Assembly (NCBI GenBank): GCA_040392285.1
Contig: JBEBWF010000008.1
Coordinates: forward strand, 15,962 to 79,961
DNA length: 64,000 nt
Direction of reading: 5' to 3'
Source of the DNA: Sphingobacterium sp.
GTDB taxonomy: Bacteria > Bacteroidota > Bacteroidia > Sphingobacteriales > Sphingobacteriaceae
Part shown: positions 39,237-49,165 of the stretch, piece after piece
How positions within the stretch are numbered: the first letter of the stretch is position 1
How the letters are laid out: each line of letters begins with the position of its first letter
Made by a program: the position numbers and the translations under genes
The notes under the pieces: model-generated
What the model was told of the DNA's origin: nothing
Database searches by the model: none
What the model saw: only the letters and a program-made list of their open reading frames with translations

Positions 39237-39827
39237 ATGAAATCAATTGCTATTAGCGGTTCTGTAAGACAGAACGTAGGGAAAAGAGATGCAAAAGAAT
39301 TGCGTTATCAGGGAAAAGTTCCTGCAGTCCTTTATGGAGGTAAAGAACAAACACACCTTTCTGTATCCGCAGCTGATTTGAAACCTGTTCTTTATACTGC
39401 CGATATGGTTCTTATAGAATTAGACATCGACGGTAAAAAAGCAAAAGCAGTCGTTCAAGAAGCACAATTCCATCCTTTGACCGATCAAATCAGACATGTA
39501 GACTTTTTAGAGTTATTTGATGACAAAGAAGTTTCCATCAATATCCCGATTAAATTAACCGGGACTTCTCCAGGTGTTAAATTGGGTGGTAAGTTAGTTC
39601 AAAAACTTCGTAAACTACGTGTAAGGGCATTGCCTGCCAACTTACCACAAGAAGTAGAAGTTCCTTTGGAATCGCTTGAAGTAGGTAAATCATTCCGCGT
39701 GAATCAAGTAAAACTAGAAAATGCCAAGGTATTAAACAATGCAGATGACACCATCGTGTCTGTAGTTATGTCTCGTGCTTTACGTCAAGCCGAACAAGAA
39801 GCTGCAAAAGTTGCTGCAAAAAAATAA
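39237..39827 (+). CDS. rplY: 50S ribosomal protein L25 / general stress protein Ctc
   Basis: R.NVGKRDAKELRYQGKVPAVLYG and a Ctc-type C-terminal extension are present. 196 aa. Confidence 0.93.
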   Translation: MKSIAISGSVRQNVGKRDAKELRYQGKVPAVLYGGKEQTHLSVSAADLKPVLYTADMVLIELDIDGKKAKAVVQEAQFHPLTDQIRHVDFLELFDDKEVSINIPIKLTGTSPGVKLGGKLVQKLRKLRVRALPANLPQEVEVPLESLEVGKSFRVNQVKLENAKVLNNADDTIVSVVMSRALRQAEQEAAKVAAKK

Positions 39828-39850
39828 TCAGTTTCTTAAAACAAGAGAAG

Positions 39851-39883
39851 AAGGCGTCAGTTTTGGCGCCTTTTCCTTTTTTT
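39851..39883 (+). terminator. Rho-independent terminator after rplY
   Basis: Stem AAGGCGTC/GGCGCCTT with a 6-nt loop, followed by TTCCTTTTTTT. Confidence 0.65.
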
Positions 39884-39916
39884 GCCTTTTTACTTTTTAC
39901 TTTTTACTTTTACGGC

Positions 39917-40480
39917 ATGAACTTTTTGATTGTTGGTCTTGGAAATATCGGTAAAGAATATGCAGACACACGCCATAATATAGGCTTCATGGTAGCCGAC
40001 GAGTTAGCCAATCAAGCGGGCTCTTCTTGGTCTATCCTTAAACATGCCTATTATACGGAGTTTAAACAGCGAGGCCACCATGTGTACGTCATTAAACCCA
40101 CCACGTACATGAATCTCAGCGGTAAAGCTGTCAATTACTGGATGCAACAATTGAAAGTGCCTATAGAAAACGTATTGGTGATCGTCGATGACCTCGCCAT
40201 TCCTTTTGGCTCGCTACGTCTCAAACCCAAAGGATCCGCAGCTGGCCATAACGGACTGAAATCAATCGAAGCAGTATGTGGAGGGCAAAACTACCCACGC
40301 CTTCGTTTTGGTATCGGGGACAACTACCCCAAAGGTAGACAAGTCGATTATGTATTAGGGCCTTTTGACGCCGAGGAAGCCCGCGAGCTCCCTGCACTGA
40401 TTGCACATGCCGTAAAAATGGCTCACAGCTTTATTAATATTGGTATTGAGCTGACCATGACGAATATGAACACCAAGTAG
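39917..40480 (+). CDS. pth: Aminoacyl-tRNA (peptidyl-tRNA) hydrolase
   Basis: MNFLIVGLGNIGKEYADTRHNIGF and GHNGLKS motifs are present. The ATG at 39917 is preferred over the ORF-track start at 39863. Confidence 0.95.
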   Translation: MNFLIVGLGNIGKEYADTRHNIGFMVADELANQAGSSWSILKHAYYTEFKQRGHHVYVIKPTTYMNLSGKAVNYWMQQLKVPIENVLVIVDDLAIPFGSLRLKPKGSAAGHNGLKSIEAVCGGQNYPRLRFGIGDNYPKGRQVDYVLGPFDAEEARELPALIAHAVKMAHSFINIGIELTMTNMNTK

Positions 40481-40622
40481 TCTTTGCTGACCCACCCCTC
40501 TTCATCTGCCGCAATCGTTATCGGCAACGTTTGCGGAAATTTGTACGATCTTTCTGTTTGATCTCGGCAATCTTGTCCTTATTATTGTTAAAAGTTATAA
40601 ACAACTCTAAAATAAGGAATCC

Positions 40623-41444
40623 ATGATTAGGCATTATCTTTTTTTAAGTGCTCTCTTATTGTTGGGCACAAAATCAGTTTTTTCACAAGAAAATATCGCT
40701 GAGCTGAGCATTAAGAAAAATAAACAAATCCAAGTAACCTTGGACAATTATTACAACAACGAATTTAAAAAATCACCTTCCGGAGAGCTGAAACCTTATC
40801 ATTACTTATGGGATGGTCAAGATATCAACGGCTTTTCGCTATTCGGTAGCGTATTCGAACAACAAGGCTGCACGCTTCAAACCCTGACTTCGGCCCCAAC
40901 AGGTCAGAACTTAGACAATACGGACATTTACATCATTGTCGACCCTGATACGGAGAAAGAGACGGAGAAACCGAACTTCATGAATGCGGCTGATGCAGCC
41001 GAAATCGCAGCTTGGGTAAAAAGAGGAGGTGTGTTGGTTTTAATGCTCAATGACGTTGGTAATTGTGAAATCTCAAAATTCAACATGCTACCTGCCCATT
41101 TTGGAATTACTTTCAACGAAGACAGCCGCAACCGTGTAAAAGGGCATGAATTTGCCACCGGGGGCATTGACATTCCTCCAGGAACCAAGATCTTCCACAA
41201 GACAAAACGCATATACATCAAAGAGATATCTACCCTCTCTGTAAAAAAGCCGGCCAAAGCATTGGTCAAAGACAAAGGGGATGTCATTATGGCGACAGCC
41301 AAATATGGAAAAGGTACTGTATTCGCTATTGGTGATCCATGGCTATACAACGAATATGTCGATGGTAAAAGGTTACCCGTTGAATATCAAAATTACGAGG
41401 CTGCACAAGAGCTTGTAACTTGGCTTATAAAGCAAGTAAAATAA
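40623..41444 (+). CDS. Secreted hypothetical protein (possible class I glutamine-amidotransferase-like / DUF4350-like fold)
   Basis: A signal peptide (LLLLGTKSVFSQE) and a clean 273-aa ORF are present. The fold guess rests only on the motifs IYIIVDPD and GGVLVLMLND. Function unknown. Confidence 0.5.
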   Translation: MIRHYLFLSALLLLGTKSVFSQENIAELSIKKNKQIQVTLDNYYNNEFKKSPSGELKPYHYLWDGQDINGFSLFGSVFEQQGCTLQTLTSAPTGQNLDNTDIYIIVDPDTEKETEKPNFMNAADAAEIAAWVKRGGVLVLMLNDVGNCEISKFNMLPAHFGITFNEDSRNRVKGHEFATGGIDIPPGTKIFHKTKRIYIKEISTLSVKKPAKALVKDKGDVIMATAKYGKGTVFAIGDPWLYNEYVDGKRLPVEYQNYEAAQELVTWLIKQVK

Positions 41445-41455
41445 ATCCAAAGAAG

Positions 41456-42961
41456 ATGTTACTTTCAAAGCAAAATTTGACGGAGATAAAATCTCCCCTT
41501 GTAGAATTACCTACTCCCGAATCTTTTGATTTACCCGAACGTGTGCTTCAGTTTGGTACAGGTGTACTTTTGAGAGGCCTGCCTGACTATTTTATCGACA
41601 AGGCAAATAAGCAAAATATCTTCAATGGGCGCATATTGGTAGTTAAATCGACAAATACCAATGGAACAGATGCTTTCACAGAGCAAAACAATCTTTATAC
41701 ACTTTGTACCAAAGGGATAGAAAAAGGTCAGGAAGTTGAAAATTATAGTATTAACAATTCGATTTCAAGAGTCCTAACTGCCCAGCAAGATTGGAAACAG
41801 CTATTGAACGCAGCCTGCAATCCCGATCTTCAGATCGTGATATCCAACACTACGGAAGTCGGCATTACCCTGAGTAATGATACGGTAAATGACAGTCCTC
41901 CATCCTCCTTTCCAGGGAAATTGTTGACTTTTCTATACGAGAGATATCGGTTTTTCGATGGCTCCCCAGATGCTGGACTAGTAATTCTCCCCACTGAACT
42001 CATAGCCGGAAATGCATCCAAGCTAAAAGATATCCTTTTAACTCTGGCCGATCAAAATGGACTAGAAACGGCATTTAGACAATGGCTGAATGATGCCAAT
42101 GATTTCTGCAATACGCTAGTAGATCGGATCGTGCCAGGACGTTTACCGCAGGATGAGTTGGAAGCTACGGGAAAAAAGCTAGGCTATGAAGACCAACTGA
42201 TGATTATGGCCGAACCCTTTCGTCTATGGGCGATTGAGAGTGACTCAAGTCGTGTAAAAGAAATCCTGAGCTTTGCACAGGTAGATAGCGGTGTTGTCAT
42301 CGTACCCTCAATCGAGAAGTTCAAAGAAATAAAGCTTCGGCTACTCAACGGAACACATACCTTGAGCTGTGGTGTTGCTTTGTTAGCCGGCCTCGAGGTG
42401 GTCAAGCAGGCGATGGCAAACGATACATTTCAAACCTTCGTCAATATATTGATGAAAAACGAAATAGGTAAAGCCATAATCGATCCATCTATCCAACAAC
42501 AAGATGTTGATGATTTCGCAGCGAGCGTCATCGATCGTTTTCGCAATCCCTTCTTGGATCACCGCTGGGAAAATATAGCTTTAAATTTTTCCTCTAAAAT
42601 GAACATGCGTGCTATTCCTCTCTTAGACAAATGGTACAATAAAAATGGAACACCTCCAACCTATTTTGCTTTGGGATTTGCGGCTTATCTCACGATTATG
42701 AACAGCGAGAAGTCCGAAGACCAGTATATATACCTTCTTAATGGACGAGCAGTGGTCCTGCAGGACGAGTTTGCCTCATTGCTCTATACCTATTGGCAGG
42801 AGCCAACGACAGCTGTCCATAATATATTAAGGGACACCACGCTATGGAGTACTGACCTTACTAAATATCCCGGTCTGGAAGACAGTATTCGCAAGTACGT
42901 GGAGGCCTACAGCGCCACAAGCGTATTAGAAACTATAAAAAAACGAACACACCATGGTTAG
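41456..42961 (+). CDS. uxaB: Tagaturonate reductase (altronate oxidoreductase)
   Basis: Mannitol dehydrogenase family layout (VLQFGTGVLLRG NAD-binding N-terminus). It is located directly upstream of uxaA-uxaC. The ATG at 41456 is preferred. Confidence 0.85.
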   Translation: MLLSKQNLTEIKSPLVELPTPESFDLPERVLQFGTGVLLRGLPDYFIDKANKQNIFNGRILVVKSTNTNGTDAFTEQNNLYTLCTKGIEKGQEVENYSINNSISRVLTAQQDWKQLLNAACNPDLQIVISNTTEVGITLSNDTVNDSPPSSFPGKLLTFLYERYRFFDGSPDAGLVILPTELIAGNASKLKDILLTLADQNGLETAFRQWLNDANDFCNTLVDRIVPGRLPQDELEATGKKLGYEDQLMIMAEPFRLWAIESDSSRVKEILSFAQVDSGVVIVPSIEKFKEIKLRLLNGTHTLSCGVALLAGLEVVKQAMANDTFQTFVNILMKNEIGKAIIDPSIQQQDVDDFAASVIDRFRNPFLDHRWENIALNFSSKMNMRAIPLLDKWYNKNGTPPTYFALGFAAYLTIMNSEKSEDQYIYLLNGRAVVLQDEFASLLYTYWQEPTTAVHNILRDTTLWSTDLTKYPGLEDSIRKYVEAYSATSVLETIKKRTHHG

Positions 42962-44600
42962 CAGCGTATTAAAAATCAACCCGAAAGATAATGTGCTAGT
43001 TGCACTACAAGATCTATCCAAGGGGGAAGAAATTATCCATGATGGACAAGTTTACCTGTTGCACGATAATATTCCCGCTAAACACAAATTTTTCATGCAG
43101 GATATGCATGTGGGCGACGAAATCATCATGTACGGCGTGTTGGTTGGAAAAGCACAATATACTATCCCTAAAGGGGGGATAATGAATACCGATAATACGA
43201 AACATGCATCAGACCCTTATACTTTCCGTCCCTATAATTATCACTGGGAATCCCCGGATATTTCACGATTTGCGGGTCGGACATTCCAGGGCTATGTCCG
43301 TAAAGATGGACGCGTCGGGACAGCCAACCATTGGCTTTTTATTCCGACCGTATTTTGTGAAAACAGAAATCTGGACGTAATCAAAGAAGCATTGTACCAT
43401 GAACTTGGCTATTCGGTCACAGACAAATACCGTGCTTTTACACACGAGCTGTTAGCTGCATATCAAGAGGGCAAAAGCTTAGATTCACTATCCCTGGACG
43501 AATTGAGTGTCACCACCTATAAAAAAGACCGGGTATTCAAAAATGTCGATGGTATTAAATTCTTAAACCACCAAGGTGGATGCGGAGGAATACGTCAGGA
43601 CGCCGAAGTGCTGGGCAAGCTGTTGGCTGCTTATGCAGATCACCCCAATGTCGCAGGAGTAACGATACTGAGCTTGGGCTGCCAAAACCTTCAGTTGAAA
43701 GATCTATTGGATGAGATAAAAACCCGTAACCCTCAATTTGACAAACCTCTTTTTATCTTCGAGCAACAACAAGCCAAAAGTGAAGAAATTTTAATCAAGG
43801 AGGCTATTCAAAAGACATTTATAGGATTGACAGAAATCAACAAATTCGAACGGACTCCGGTCCCATTAAGCAAGCTAACATTAGGTGTAAAATGCGGAGG
43901 CAGCGACGGATTTAGTGGTATATCGGCCAATCCTGCGGTAGGTTACACTTCTGACCTCCTAGTCGCTTTAGGCGGCAAGGTATTACTGGCAGAATTTCCG
44001 GAATTATGCGGTGCCGAACAAAACCTTATTGATAGGACCATCGACCCTGATGCTGCCCATAAATTTATCCATTTAATGCGGGCGTACAGCCAAGCCGCAG
44101 AAAATGTCGGATCGGGATTCCACATGAACCCCTCCCCCGGAAATATTCGTGACGGCCTTATTACAGATGCTATCAAAAGTACTGGCGCAGCAAAAAAAGG
44201 CGGCAACTCCCCTGTAACAGACGTACTAGATTATACCGAAGAAGCCACCAAAGCCGGATTGAACTTGGTGTGTACCCCCGGGAATGATGTAGAAGCAACA
44301 ACAGGAAAAACTGCCGCCGGTGCCACGTTGATACTATTTACGACCGGCTTAGGAACACCAACAGGAAATCCGATTTGTCCTGTTATCAAGGTAGCAACAA
44401 ATAATGCCTTAGCGCAACGCATGTCTGATATTATCGACATCAATACCGGTCCTATTATCGATGGGAAGAAAACCCTACAAGAAATGGGTGAAGACATCCT
44501 GGAATACTGCATTAAAGCAGCAAGCGGAGAAGTTATCCCCAAAGCTGTACAATTAAATCAAGATGATTTTATTCCTTGGAAACGAGGAGTTAGCTTATAA
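42954..44600 (+). CDS. uxaA: Altronate dehydratase (UxaA family)
   Basis: An N-terminal SAF-like domain (NPKDNVLVALQDL) is present. The large C-terminal domain carries GCGG and GVKCGGSDGFSG motifs. The 8-nt overlap with uxaB suggests coupling. Confidence 0.9.
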   Translation: MVSSVLKINPKDNVLVALQDLSKGEEIIHDGQVYLLHDNIPAKHKFFMQDMHVGDEIIMYGVLVGKAQYTIPKGGIMNTDNTKHASDPYTFRPYNYHWESPDISRFAGRTFQGYVRKDGRVGTANHWLFIPTVFCENRNLDVIKEALYHELGYSVTDKYRAFTHELLAAYQEGKSLDSLSLDELSVTTYKKDRVFKNVDGIKFLNHQGGCGGIRQDAEVLGKLLAAYADHPNVAGVTILSLGCQNLQLKDLLDEIKTRNPQFDKPLFIFEQQQAKSEEILIKEAIQKTFIGLTEINKFERTPVPLSKLTLGVKCGGSDGFSGISANPAVGYTSDLLVALGGKVLLAEFPELCGAEQNLIDRTIDPDAAHKFIHLMRAYSQAAENVGSGFHMNPSPGNIRDGLITDAIKSTGAAKKGGNSPVTDVLDYTEEATKAGLNLVCTPGNDVEATTGKTAAGATLILFTTGLGTPTGNPICPVIKVATNNALAQRMSDIIDINTGPIIDGKKTLQEMGEDILEYCIKAASGEVIPKAVQLNQDDFIPWKRGVSL

Positions 44601-44609
44601 ATTACAACG

Positions 44610-46010
44610 ATGAAAACATTTTTAGACGATAATTTTCTTTTACAAACAAGAACAGCCCAAGAATTATATCAAAATTATTCAAAAGGCTTACCTATCATTG
44701 ATTACCATAACCATTTAATCCCTGAGCAAATCGCTAATGACAGCAAATTTGAAAATATCAGTCAGGTATGGTTAAATGGTGATCATTATAAGTGGCGCGC
44801 TATGCGTACCCAAGGTGTAAACGAGCATTATATCACCGGAGATGCGTCTGACCGGGACAAGTTTTTGAAATGGGCCGAAACTGTCCCGTATACGTTGCGC
44901 AATCCCATTTATCATTGGACCCACTTGGAACTGCAACGGTATTTTGGCATCACAGATCTCTTGTCATCAAAGACCGCAGAAAAAATCTACGAGCAGACCG
45001 CAGAAAAATTAGCGCAACCTAACTACTCGGCCCGTGGATTACTGCGCATGATGAATGTAGAAGTCATCTGTACTACCGACGATCCCATAGACAGTCTTCA
45101 TTTTCATCAGCAGTTTGCAAAGGAGCATGAGACATTCAAAATGTTGCCGGCTTTCCGACCGGACAAAGCCATGAACGCTGACGACATCATCGGCTTGAAC
45201 GAATATATTGATCAAGTAGAAGCCGTAACCAATACGTCGATTAATTCATTTTCGACCTATCTACAAGCTTTAAAGAGCAGACACGACTTCTTTGCCGACA
45301 ATGGCTGTTACATTTCTGATCATGGTTTAGAGCAAATATATGCCGAAGACTATACAGAACAGGAAATTGCACATATCTTTCAAAAAATCAGAGCAAATCA
45401 GGAGATTACCTATCAAGAAAACCTAAAATTCAAATCCGCTATGCTTGTACATTTTGCAGAATGGGATCATGAAAAGGGTTGGGTACAGCAATACCATTTA
45501 GGTGCACTCCGGAACAACAACAGCCGTATGCTCCGTATAAATGGACCCGACACCGGCTGGGATTCCGTTGGAGATTTTAGTCAGGCAAAAGCGCTATCCA
45601 AATTTTTAAATCGATTGGACAATAACGACAAGTTGACCAAAACCATTCTTTACAACCTCAACCCGGCAGATAACGAATTGATGGCGACGATGATCGGCAA
45701 CTTTAATGATGGCTCTGTACGCGGTAAAATTCAATTTGGCTCCGCATGGTGGTTTCTCGATCAAAAAGACGGTATGACCAAGCAGATAAATGCCTTGTCG
45801 AATATGGGACTGTTAAGCTGCTTCGTGGGTATGCTGACGGATTCTCGCAGCTTCCTCTCTTTCCCTCGTCACGAGTATTTCAGGCGCCTAATCTGTGATA
45901 TTTTCGGACAGGATATCGAAAACGGTGAATTGCCGGGAGACATCGAATGGATCGGGAAAATTATAGGTGATATCAGTTATCATAACGCTAAAAACTATTT
46001 TCCTTTTTAA
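44610..46010 (+). CDS. uxaC: Glucuronate isomerase
   Basis: FLDDNFLL....A..LY and IIDYHNHL motifs are present. 466 aa. Confidence 0.95.
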   Translation: MKTFLDDNFLLQTRTAQELYQNYSKGLPIIDYHNHLIPEQIANDSKFENISQVWLNGDHYKWRAMRTQGVNEHYITGDASDRDKFLKWAETVPYTLRNPIYHWTHLELQRYFGITDLLSSKTAEKIYEQTAEKLAQPNYSARGLLRMMNVEVICTTDDPIDSLHFHQQFAKEHETFKMLPAFRPDKAMNADDIIGLNEYIDQVEAVTNTSINSFSTYLQALKSRHDFFADNGCYISDHGLEQIYAEDYTEQEIAHIFQKIRANQEITYQENLKFKSAMLVHFAEWDHEKGWVQQYHLGALRNNNSRMLRINGPDTGWDSVGDFSQAKALSKFLNRLDNNDKLTKTILYNLNPADNELMATMIGNFNDGSVRGKIQFGSAWWFLDQKDGMTKQINALSNMGLLSCFVGMLTDSRSFLSFPRHEYFRRLICDIFGQDIENGELPGDIEWIGKIIGDISYHNAKNYFPF

Positions 46011-46084
46011 GGAAAAACTCGTTCAGAAAAGCCACGATTCTATTTTTAAAGCCATATGGGTATTTATTACGTATATTTACTCCT

Positions 46085-47092
46085 ATGGCTTTTGAGAACT
46101 ATACCATAAAAGATATCGCTAAAACACTCAACTTGTCCCCCTCGACGGTTTCCAGAGCTTTGCGGGATAGTTACGAAATCAGCACTGAGACAAAACGGAT
46201 CGTGTTGGAATATGCGGAGAAAATAAACTACCGTGCCAACCCTATAGCACGAAGCCTCAAAGAACGAAAGAGTAATAGTATAGGTATTATCATCAGTGAG
46301 ATAGCGAACACTTTCTTCTCCCAGGTTATCGATGGCATTGAGTCGGTTGCCCAAGAAAAGAACTATCAGGTCGTCATCTCACAGACCAATGAATCATCGG
46401 AGCGGGAACGACTAAATATTGAGTATCTCTATTCCCGTTCCACGGATGGGCTTTTGATGACTTTATCATCAGAGATTACCGATCTGTCTTATTTAGAAAG
46501 TTTAATCAGCAGGGGGTTTCCTATCGTCTTCTTCGATCGTGTGCCTAGTCAGATAGACGCATTCAAGGTTATTGCTGACAATAAACAAGGGGCTTTCGAT
46601 GCCGTTCAATATCTTATCGATATGGGCAAAAAAAGAATAGCTCACCTTACCGGATCACAAAGGCTCTCCATTACTAAAGAACGACTTGAAGGCTATAAAA
46701 ATGCATTATTGGTGAACAATCTTCTTTTTAATCCAAACTTAATTAAATACTGCGAGTATGGCGGCCTTCACTTAGAAGAAATACAAACGGCTATAGCTGA
46801 CCTTGTTAAAGAGAATTACGATGCTATCTTTATTTCCGGAGACAAGTTATCCACAGGATATCTACAGACGATAAAAAATCACTCCTATTTGGCGAACAAC
46901 GCGATCGAGATAGCCGGATTCACAAACTCCAAAGTCGTTGATTTGTTCTCGCCCACCATTACAGCCGTACGCCAACCGGCCTTTGAAATGGGTAAACAAT
47001 CTGCCGAACTATTAATCCGGCAAATCGAATCAAAATACCCCATCGAAGAATTTGAGACGATTATGCTACCCACATCACTAGTCAAGAAGTAA
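46085..47092 (+). CDS. LacI family transcriptional regulator
   Basis: The N-terminal HTH TIKDIAKTLNLSPSTVSRALRD and a periplasmic-binding-protein-like core are present. 335 aa. Confidence 0.9.
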   Translation: MAFENYTIKDIAKTLNLSPSTVSRALRDSYEISTETKRIVLEYAEKINYRANPIARSLKERKSNSIGIIISEIANTFFSQVIDGIESVAQEKNYQVVISQTNESSERERLNIEYLYSRSTDGLLMTLSSEITDLSYLESLISRGFPIVFFDRVPSQIDAFKVIADNKQGAFDAVQYLIDMGKKRIAHLTGSQRLSITKERLEGYKNALLVNNLLFNPNLIKYCEYGGLHLEEIQTAIADLVKENYDAIFISGDKLSTGYLQTIKNHSYLANNAIEIAGFTNSKVVDLFSPTITAVRQPAFEMGKQSAELLIRQIESKYPIEEFETIMLPTSLVKK

Positions 47093-47299
47093 TTCTTTTA
47101 CACCCGTTAATCGACACTTTTAGCCTGTTTTTTGGGTAATGGCGATAAAGTTGGCATTTTTGAACAACACGAAGTCTCTTTTGAATAAATCAACCGAAAG
47201 ACACACGAATTACGAAAACGTATCCGTAGTAAAAGTTGCAAAAATGTCTTTGTTATGTAATATATATTTAGCGGTAATTCGTATATTGAGGCACATTTT

Positions 47300-47307
47300 T
47301 ATATTTG
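47300..47307 (+). promoter_or_regulatory. Candidate -7 promoter box TATATTTG
   Basis: TAnnTTTG match 23 nt upstream of the gltA ATG. Confidence 0.35.
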
Positions 47308-47329
47308 TGTAAGTATACTATAGAAAATT

Positions 47330-48616
47330 ATGTCTGAAAAAGCGTTTATTAAATTAGACAATACGGAACTCGAACTGCCTATATTAACGGGAACAGAAAA
47401 TGAAAAGGCCATTGATATCACGAAATTAAGGGATCAAAGTGGTTATATTACATTAGATGCTGGTTTCAAAAATACGGGAGCAACGAAAAGCGCGATTACC
47501 TTTCTCGATGGCGAGCATGGAATATTGAGATATAGAGGATACCCTATTGAACAGTTGGCAGAGAAAGCCACTTTTCTAGAAGTTGCCTACCTTTTGATAT
47601 ACGGAGACCTTCCCTCTACGGAAACATTAGCAAAATTCAGGGGTAAGATCAAATCGCAGATGATGGTACACGAGGATATGAAAATGTTTTTCGCTGGTTT
47701 TCCATCAAAAGCCCATCCTATGGGACAGTTATCGTGTCTTGTGGGAGCTCTTTCTGCCTTCTATCCCGAATCGTTAAACCCTAATCAATCAGAGGAAGAG
47801 GAAAACGAAACGATTATTAACCTATTAGGCAAGATGCCTACCATCGTTTCTTGGATTCAAAAAAAATCACTGGGTCATCCTGTCATCTATCCGAAAAAAG
47901 ACTTTGGTTATATTGAAAACTTCCTCAATATGATATTTGGCGAAGTCAATTGTGAAAAGACATTCGATCCGGTAGTTATCGATGCCATGCACAAGTTGTT
48001 GATCCTACATGCCGACCATGAACAAAATTGTTCAACATCGACCGTCCGTATCGTAGGTTCTTCTAATGCCAATTTATATGCATCCGTTTCTGCGGGTATC
48101 AATGCACTATGGGGACCTCTCCATGGAGGAGCTAATCAAGCTGTGATTGAAATGTTGGAAGATATTAAAAACGATGGTGGAGATGTAGAAAAGTATCTGG
48201 CTAAAGCAAAGGATAAGAATGATCCATTCCGCCTCATGGGCTTTGGGCACCGGGTTTATAAAAACTTCGACCCACGGGCTAAAATTATCAAAAAAGCCTG
48301 TGACGATGTCTTGGAAAAACTAGGCGTCAATGACTCTATATTGGATATCGCCAAACAATTAGAACACGCCGCATTAAATGACTCCTACTTTATTGATCGG
48401 AAGCTTTATCCAAATGTAGACTTCTATTCGGGCATTATCTATCGGGCGCTAGGCTTTAAATCAGACATGTTTACGGTCCTTTTTGCTTTAGGTCGTCTTC
48501 CCGGATGGATCGCGCAATGGAAAGAAATGCGGGACAATAAAGAACCTATCGGTCGTCCGAGACAACTATATGTCGGAGAAACCGAGCGAGAATATGTCCC
48601 TATAGATAATAGATAA
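47330..48616 (+). CDS. gltA: Citrate synthase
   Basis: The citrate synthase signature GFGHRVYKNFDPRA and the HADHEQNCSTS motif are present. 428 aa. Confidence 0.95.
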   Translation: MSEKAFIKLDNTELELPILTGTENEKAIDITKLRDQSGYITLDAGFKNTGATKSAITFLDGEHGILRYRGYPIEQLAEKATFLEVAYLLIYGDLPSTETLAKFRGKIKSQMMVHEDMKMFFAGFPSKAHPMGQLSCLVGALSAFYPESLNPNQSEEEENETIINLLGKMPTIVSWIQKKSLGHPVIYPKKDFGYIENFLNMIFGEVNCEKTFDPVVIDAMHKLLILHADHEQNCSTSTVRIVGSSNANLYASVSAGINALWGPLHGGANQAVIEMLEDIKNDGGDVEKYLAKAKDKNDPFRLMGFGHRVYKNFDPRAKIIKKACDDVLEKLGVNDSILDIAKQLEHAALNDSYFIDRKLYPNVDFYSGIIYRALGFKSDMFTVLFALGRLPGWIAQWKEMRDNKEPIGRPRQLYVGETEREYVPIDNR

Positions 48617-48624
48617 TATCCTAT

Positions 48625-48656
48625 AAAAAATGGAAACTTGAAGGTTTCCATTTTTT
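48625..48656. terminator. Bidirectional terminator between convergent gltA and the S4-domain gene
   Basis: AAAAAATGGAAAC (loop TTGAAG) GTTTCCATTTTTT is a symmetric A-run/T-run hairpin. Confidence 0.7.
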
Positions 48657-49065
48657 ATGTCTCATTTTCCCACCAGTCTTCTTTCAAATCATCTATTTCA
48701 CGACGATCCTTCTTTGTAGGTCTACCGGATCCCCGGTCTCTTTTCAACACTGGCGCATGAAATACCGACTTAAAACCATACGTTTCTTCTACAGGAGTAT
48801 GGTCTTCATAAAATTGCACCGCTGTCTTAGCATCCACCCTTCGTTCCAATAGCCCCGTAACCAAAATTTCCTTCCGTTCGACACCTTTTTGAACCGTATA
48901 ACGCTCCCCTATCTTTACCACATACGAAGGCTTCACATTCTGACCGTTCAATTTTACCCGGCCAGCCCGACATGCTTCCGTAGCCAAACTCCGTGTTTTA
49001 AAAATACGGATTGCCCATAGGTATTTGTCTATCCGGAGTTTTTCAATCTCATTTGCCATAAACAA
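48655..49065 (-). CDS. RNA-binding S4-domain protein (Hsp15/HslR-like)
   Basis: The S4 motif IDKYLWAIRIFKTRSLATEACRAGRVKLNG is present. 136 aa. Confidence 0.85.
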   Translation of the reverse strand: MFMANEIEKLRIDKYLWAIRIFKTRSLATEACRAGRVKLNGQNVKPSYVVKIGERYTVQKGVERKEILVTGLLERRVDAKTAVQFYEDHTPVEETYGFKSVFHAPVLKRDRGSGRPTKKDRREIDDLKEDWWENET

Positions 49066-49165
49066 AATTAAAGATATAAAGTGAAATTATGAACCTCCAC
49101 CGAGATTAGTTCTCAATAAAAATCAGCATATTTGTAAGTCACAACAAATAAGAAGATAAAACAAA

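Noticed and set aside
39886-39913. Short heptamer run (ACTTTTT x about 3.5) between the rplY terminator and the pth start
   Set aside because: It is very short and T-rich, lies directly after a terminator T-tract, and is plausibly part of it or simple slippage. It is not enough to call a feature.
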